DNA of 64,000 bases from Octopus vulgaris (Eukaryota), in the NCBI GenBank assembly GCA_951406725.2, contig OX597830.1:26474001-26538000 (forward strand), given 5' to 3'. The stretch's first letter is position 1. Every line of letters begins with the position of its first letter. A program made the translations under genes and the position numbers. Below are positions 56,849 to 64,000 of the stretch, piece by piece. The notes beneath the pieces were generated by a model. It had not been told where the DNA came from. It made no database searches and worked only from the letters and a program-made list of their open reading frames with translations.

Positions 56849-59155
56849 CTCCCTCTTTGTTTCTTTCTCCTTTCTCTCTCACTTTCCCACTCTCTTACTC
56901 TTCCTTTCTCTCGGACTCTCCCTCGCTTTCTCTTACTCTATATCTTTATCTATCTCTCTCCCATTTATAAACAACAAAAGATCTTGAGTAAGTTGAGAAA
57001 TAAAATATTTAGAAAGATCAATCATAAATATCAGGCAGTAACAACGGAAAGGTCTGCTTGAAGGCAGACAGCAAAACACTAACATTTAAAAGGGGCAGAC
57101 GAACTTGCGAGCTGAATAAAATAATAAAATATTGGAAACCAAAGTTTGAAGGGATAGAATTTGAGGATAGAAGAGTCACCATGGCTGGCATTTCTTAACG
57201 ACGGACAGCAACGTATTGACAGTTCAACGGCTGGCGTAAAATTTTGAACTTGATGTAAAAGAAAATGCCTAAACACCAAGTTTTGAATTGATTCTTTCTC
57301 ACGACAGTAGACTCACGATGCCAAGCATTCAAAACTTCTTCATCATGGACGGTAACACATTGACGATTAAAAGGCTGGCGCAAATGTTTTAGCTTGATGT
57401 AACAGAGAATTGCTAAACACCTGCTCCTTTAAAAATTTTAATCCCCATCCAGCCCCATTTAGACCCCTTTTCACATTTTGGTTAATATAACCCGATTTCA
57501 TTTGGGTCTACTGGGGCCACATTTTATAAGATGAGGACTCTACCAAGTTTCCCGAGTTCTGGTCATAGACCATAGATCACTTAGCTAAAATCTAGTTTCT
57601 ACCTAGTCTGAACCAATCAATCCGCCGCAGTCTTCATCCACACAGAGCTTACTCAACCATGTTCCAGATCCAGCGACAGACGACCAGACCAGCCAGTCAT
57701 GTTCCTGCTCCAGCCAATGACGACGCTAACATACACCAGCAACGCCACCGACGCCTTCATCTCAACGTTGCCTTTCTCTGCCGTCGCCATCACCATCGTC
57801 GTTCTTCACCTTCACGTCGTCTCCATCTCCGTCGCTTTCATCTCCAGCAACACTAATATGTACATAGCACTCATTCAGGTTTAGCTTTCACGCTGTTATG
57901 ATTTTCACCGAGGTTAACAGCACAGCACTACCTGCGAGATCTTCTGTACCAATGTAATTTGGCACAGCATTGAAGCCACAACCGCTACACGATATGTGTT
58001 CAACCGGCATCTGCACTTGTGATCCGAACATCCTGTTATAGAACGAAGTCGCACACACGAACACACATAGTTAATACACACACAAATGCTATCTCTGTCA
58101 CATTCATACGCCACACATGCCTTTCTCGCTTGTTTTCCATGCTCGATGTGCCCTTGTAAACACAACTCATCTCTGTAAGACCCTAGGTCGGTCACGCATA
58201 CATAGAGAAAGTTGTTTGTCCCTTACAACGCGCCAGCATGCCACACTTTTGTTCCTGCACGACCGAGGCATATAATAGCTCAAGCACTGGCTGGCAGACT
58301 CAGCCTTACTGCATTAATCACTGGCATATTCAATACTGTACACTGTATTTCAGCCTTGCAAGCCCTATTGCACTCATGCACCTCTGTTCTGCACGTGTAC
58401 TCCCTTGTTTTGCAATACGTCTGCGTCAGCTCAATTCTTCTCCCGAATCAAAGCACGTCGGATGTTCACATGCGCTGCGCTCATGTTTAGGCATAATTTC
58501 CCCCTGTTAGACCCCTGTTGGTCACGTAATTAATAGAGAAAATTATCTGTCTCGCACCCAAGTTGCACCCAAAAAGTGTAAAGAAGCAACCAGTTCCCTT
58601 TACGTAACTATGAAAGAGTATTAAAAAGCTTAATATACATAAATACAGATATATACACTTTGTATATATACATTATATATACATATTTATATATAGAACA
58701 CACACACACATATATATAAACGCTCGTTGGTGTGTTCTGTTTGTATTTGGTCTCGGCGCGTTGACAGGTAGACAATAGAATGCGATGACGATGGAATATT
58801 TGTTTCTCTGTATGAATGCAGACAGATACATAAGTGAAATGGGAAGGTAAGAAATAGAGTGAGTGAAGATGTGCTAGTTAGAGAGGAAATAGCGAGAGTG
58901 AGTTGAGGAAGACAGATACATTAAATAACGAGAGTGGACTTGTCAAAGTTATAAATGAAGGGGAGTTAGTGGATAATGGAGGAAATAGCGTGAGTGAGGA
59001 AGATGGCCCCTAGCAACCACACCTTTTCAGATAGGGATTTCTAAGGTAGCCCACGGGCATCGTCACCACATTCTACATGTCCCTGTAAATTTTGGAGCGA
59101 ATCGGACGGGACGTAGTGGCATTGAAAGCGATCCAAGCGGTAAAAACGCATTTCA

Positions 59156-59200
<45 letters not shown>
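56455..59200 (-). mobile_element. Helitron-like element (~2.7 kb) with nested SINE and GC-richer cargo
   Basis: 3' end CTAG at 56455 with hairpin ACCCGC..GCGGGT; the other end, ...CAGTTTT(AT)n at ~59160, resembles the 5' end of the 10275-10791 element; far boundary inferred. Confidence 0.5.
56515..56846 (+). mobile_element. RTE-tailed SINE/LINE 3' end
   Basis: Repeated GGCACGTAAAAAGCACC units, GTGGTTGGCGTTAGGAAGGGCATCC, GACGTTAAAC(GAT)n tail. Confidence 0.7.
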
Positions 59201-59201
<1 letters not shown>

Positions 59202-59204
<3 letters not shown>

Positions 59205-59946
59205 TTTGAAGGAAGGTGTGCAGCGTGTGATCGTCGCGTTGACCATGACAGAGTAAGTTATCATAGCAATACCTGCACAGAGGCCTACGCAAAGTTGCAG
59301 AAAGTGTCTGGAGAGGAGTGTATGATCCGCACATAAGTGTACAAGTGATTCAGACGTTTCCAAGATGGCCGAAAAGATGTCAATATTCACGAACATTCTG
59401 GGAGATCTGCAACCAGCAGAACTGAGAAAAACATCACAGATGTGCGTGCAGCTGTGAGGGGAAATCGTCGAATCACCATCCATGAGTTATCAGAGGATGT
59501 GCCGATTAGTTACGCTTCAGTTCACTTCATTATCAATGAATATTTGGGTATGAGACGCGCGTCTGCCAAATATGTGCCAAGGCTGCTTTCAGCTGACCAA
59601 AAGGACACTCGGGTTTCAGTTGCACAAGATCTTCTTGACCGAGTCATGAACGATGGAAACTTTTCGCAAACTTTGCGTAAGCCTCTGAACAGGTATCGCC
59701 AAGCTTTTGGCAAATTTTGATGCAGATTCTCTGCTCAACTTCATCTGTTATGGTCAATGCGACGATAACACGCTACACACGTTCCTTCCAAGCACTGCTG
59801 TAAACAGCGGGAGTGAGCTAGAACGTTTAAACTTAGTGCGCATGCACAGCGGAGCTCAAGGTCAATCTGTGCTAAGCGGCATCACTCTGCGTGCTTTAGC
59901 TTCGTTACTATGGCAACAGTCCGGATACTTATTGATCAGACTACAT
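59202..59946 (+). mobile_element. Mariner transposase relic with inverted copy of its 5' end
   Basis: NRRITIHELSEDVPISYASVHFIINEYLGMRRASAKYVPRLLS (WVPR-like motif); 59202-59252 inverted at 59744-59794. Confidence 0.8.
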
Positions 59947-60718
59947 ATAAATAACATAGACCGAGGTCAGTTTTTGAAATACATTAACATAGGTGAGGAG
60001 AAAAATGGGGTGAATGTGAATAAGGGAGTTTGAAGTAGAAGGAAGAATCAAAGGAAGTTGAAGTGGTTATCAGAAACGTGGAAAACAGTTCCCTATCTTC
60101 TTTTTATAATGGATCTCTGAGTTTCTGTAGATCAAGGGTTTGGGAATTCGCAAGGGTTCGAAGAAATACTCATGGAAACATTACCCAAGTTGAGACTCGA
60201 CTTGCAAACGGTAATGGGAAATAGACCTTATATGTCACACGATTTAATGTTATAACCAAACCCTTGAGTAATTTTAGCAGAGTGTCATATCTTATCCTGT
60301 CTCCAGTTTCTTGTTAAATTTTTACATCCTCCCGCCCGCCTCAAGGGCTCTAGGAAGAGTCATAAGCGCAGGCCGTTCTAAGCCGTAAAGCCTTATCAAA
60401 AATTTCAATACATACAGTCTATTCAGTGAGCAGGAAGCAATCATGCAATCCGCACAGTCGGAGCCTAGTTGAGATTTTGTTAGCAAAGGAAACAAATTAT
60501 TTCTGCCTTCTTTTTCCATCGTAAACAAATAAGACACGCATAATCTTACACTAACACACACACATTCACACATAAACGCTCGCCATCACAAACACAAGAA
60601 CACACGCATATGAACATGTGAGTTGTTTTCTTTCACAAGACACTACCCGGTCTAGAAACTGAAGTCATAACTTCGCGATTGTGACTGCAACCCCCCTAAC
60701 CACTAGACCATGCGACTT

Positions 60719-60784
<66 letters not shown>

Positions 60785-60887
60785 TAAGGGTAGAAATTGA
60801 TATTTATCAATTAAGACCAGTGGTCTAGCATATTAAAAAAGAATCCGAAGATTAAAATATTTATATATACCAATTAAGTCCTTAATT

Positions 60888-60919
<32 letters not shown>

Positions 60920-60923
<4 letters not shown>

Positions 60924-61627
60924 TTGAGTTGTGGGGTATCGCACGAGTGGGATTATATAAGAAAAAAGGTTTGAAAATGCAATTTAAACGATGTTTATTT
61001 ACTTAACCGGTTTCACTCTTTGGTAAAAGATTGTCAAAAGTTACATTTAAGGAAACATTGAATAATATGGGTTCAAAAAAAGTTTTTTACATAATTGTCA
61101 CATTGAATATTATGCATTCAAAAAAGTTTTTTACATAATTGTCACATTGGATATTATGAATTCAAAAATGTTTTTTTATACATAATTGTCACATTACATG
61201 TATAAATATAGTGTTTGGTAACAGAGAAGTTCAATAGTGTGATGAGAGTATTTGGGAAAATTTGGCAGAAAAGGATAAAACAAATATATTATTGGGAATT
61301 GGTTGCGTTAATTATTGGTTGTCGCAAATTGTCACATTACATGTATATATATACAATCTTTGGTATATATATACAGCCTTTTGACAGCAAAAATTAAAAT
61401 GGATTTTTTATACATCTCAGAATATTTTAAGTTCAAGGCGAGAATATGTTTTTACTGACCTGACGGTATTAGCAGAAAGGCTGAACTGAGAGAAAAGAAG
61501 AAGTAGCCAATGTGGTGTATACTTCCCCTTTATGCATGAATGATTTTGGGGTTATCAGGAGGTTAGTATGCGGGTGTGAATAGATGTGTCCGTGCCTGCT
61601 GGTCAGATAGCGTCTGTTTGTCACACA

Positions 61628-61674
<47 letters not shown>

Positions 61675-62668
61675 TATACAAACACACACCACATACAAAC
61701 AACACATACACACACACACAGAGAACACACACACCCACACACAACGCACCCACATATATCACATATACACACAGCACACAAATATAACATGTATCTATAT
61801 ATAACATACACAGATATATAACACACATACACACACAACACACACACATACACACACACACACACACAACACACGCACACATACATACATAATATAAATA
61901 TCACACAAATACACCTAGCATATATATACACACATACAATACACACATACAGCATGTAAGTAATATACATACACAATATATGCATGCAATATACATACGC
62001 AATACATACATATAATATATATATATAGAGACAATGCATATACATATATACATATATACATATAAATAGTGTTTACATACACATACATAGATGTACCACA
62101 TATACACACAATACACATACATACAATGCATACACATACACGTACGCATACATATAATATATATATACACACACACACACATAACATACATACACAATGC
62201 ATACATATATATACACGCAATGCATATACATGTATTCATGCATATATAGCACACCTACAATATACATATATACAATGTACACATACACACACATATATAC
62301 ACTTAATTGTACACATACATATACAATACACATACATACAATATACATATACACAATGCGCATGCAAATAATGTACATGTTTATACACACATAAACATGC
62401 AAATAAATATACACACACACACATACACACACACATATATATACATATATATATATATATTTATACACATACATACATACATACATGCACATACATATAT
62501 TTTTTCACACACATACACACACATATATATATAAAAAATTCACCACCCCCACACACACACACAAATTACAAACCTATAGCGTACACACTCAAATATATCT
62601 CTACATGCCGCACACACACACAAACAAAGTACTAACATATACACACATACCATGCATATACACACACA

Positions 62669-62714
<46 letters not shown>

Positions 62715-62940
62715 AATACACATGTAAATACATACACACGTACACAATGCTCACACACACACACACACACACACATACACACACACCCGCACACAGTGCA
62801 CACACACACACACATATATACACACGTGCACACACACACACACAACGCGCGCGCACACACACATATACACACACACGCACACAGTGCACACACACACACA
62901 CACATATATATATACACCCGCGCACACACACACACAACGT

Positions 62941-62972
<32 letters not shown>

Positions 62973-63962
62973 CACTCACACACATACATCACCTACATAT
63001 ATATAATGCATGCGTGTGCATGCCACGTATGTGTGCGGTCAATGCCCGCTAGTGTGTCCATGCGTGCCGATGCGCGCATGTGCCCGCCCGCACGATATGC
63101 TGTGAGCGTGCGCGCGTCCCTGTGTGCTTGCTCTGGATGTGTTTCCAGGGGGTATGTTAGAGTATGTTTAGTTGTGGTCTGTATTTTTGAATAAGATTAC
63201 TTTCCTTATTTATTCGTGTTTGGTCTGTGGTGTTGTCCGAGCATTGGTATAGTGGGAAGACTAAGAATTCGGGGGACTTATTGTGTGTATATATATGTGT
63301 GTGACAAACAGACGCTATCTGACCAGCAGGCACGGACACATCTATTCACACCCGCATACTAACCTCCTGATAACCCCAAAATCATTCATGCATAAAGGGG
63401 AAGTATACACCACATTGGCTACTTCTTCTTTTCTCTCAGTTCAGCCTTTCTGCTAATACCGACAGGTCAGTAAAAACATATTCTCGCCTTGAACTTAAAA
63501 TATTCTGAGATGTATAAAAAATCCATTTTAATTTTTGCTGTCAAAAGGCTGTATATATATACCAAAGATTGTATATATATACATGTAATGTGACAATTTG
63601 CGACAACCAATAATTAACGCAACCAATTCCCAATAATATATTTGTTTTATCCTTTTCTGCCAAATTTTCCCAAATACTCTCATCACACTATTGAACTTCT
63701 CTGTTACCAAACACTATATTTATACATGTAATGTGACAATTATGTATAAAAAAACATTTTTGAATTCATAATATCCAATGTGACAATTATGTAAAAAACT
63801 TTTTTGAATGCATAATATTCAATGTGACAATTATGTAAAAAACTTTTTTGAACCCATATTATTCAATGTTTCCTTAAATGTAACTTTTGACAATCTTTTA
63901 CCAAAGAGTGAAACCGGTTAAGTAAATAAACATCGTTTAAATTGCATTTTCAAACCTTTTTT

Positions 63963-63970
<8 letters not shown>
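60920..63970 (-). mobile_element. 5'-truncated Penelope-like element with inverted 3' duplication
   Basis: GIY-YIG C-terminus-like FLVFPLYQCSDNTTDQTRINKESNLIQKYRPQLN (63280-63157, minus), long TG/TA-rich 3' region, ~690-bp near-identical inverted arms 60954-61641 / 63282-63970. Confidence 0.7.

Positions 63971-64000
<30 letters not shown>

Noticed and set aside
61215-61397. Identical 60-aa ORFs on opposite strands (also 63528..63710)
   Set aside because: Consequence of the inverted duplication; non-ATG start, no domain

Overview
AT-rich, microsatellite- and transposon-dense animal genomic DNA. The repeat landscape suggests an octopus or other coleoid cephalopod, which is an inference. The ORF track is almost entirely simple-repeat noise. 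Read with splicing, the window holds two intact, tandem, same-strand (+) paralogous genes. Each has 5 coding exons separated by phase-1 GT-AG introns and encodes a ~245-248 aa secreted protein: a signal peptide split over a 28-nt exon and a 33-nt microexon, followed by three PAN/Apple-like modules, one per exon. Gene A = join(12943-12970,15618-15650,19648-19899,24804-25040,30315-30511). Gene B = join(37800-37827,42621-42653,44594-44839,47631-47864,51634-51830). The mature modules are only ~42-54% identical and differ strongly in charge and Cys number, yet a ~500-bp tract around the signal-peptide microexon is ~99% identical, suggesting gene conversion. A third copy of the 3'-flank sequence at 1.2-2.6 kb predicts another paralog just upstream of the window. 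The rest is SINEs (several families), LINE fragments (Tx1-, RTE-, CR1- and R4/Dong-like), Tc1/mariner relics, two Helitron-like elements, Penelope-like ends carrying minimal hammerhead-like motifs, and many inverted duplications. All translations, alignments and counts were done by eye; repeat boundaries are approximate.
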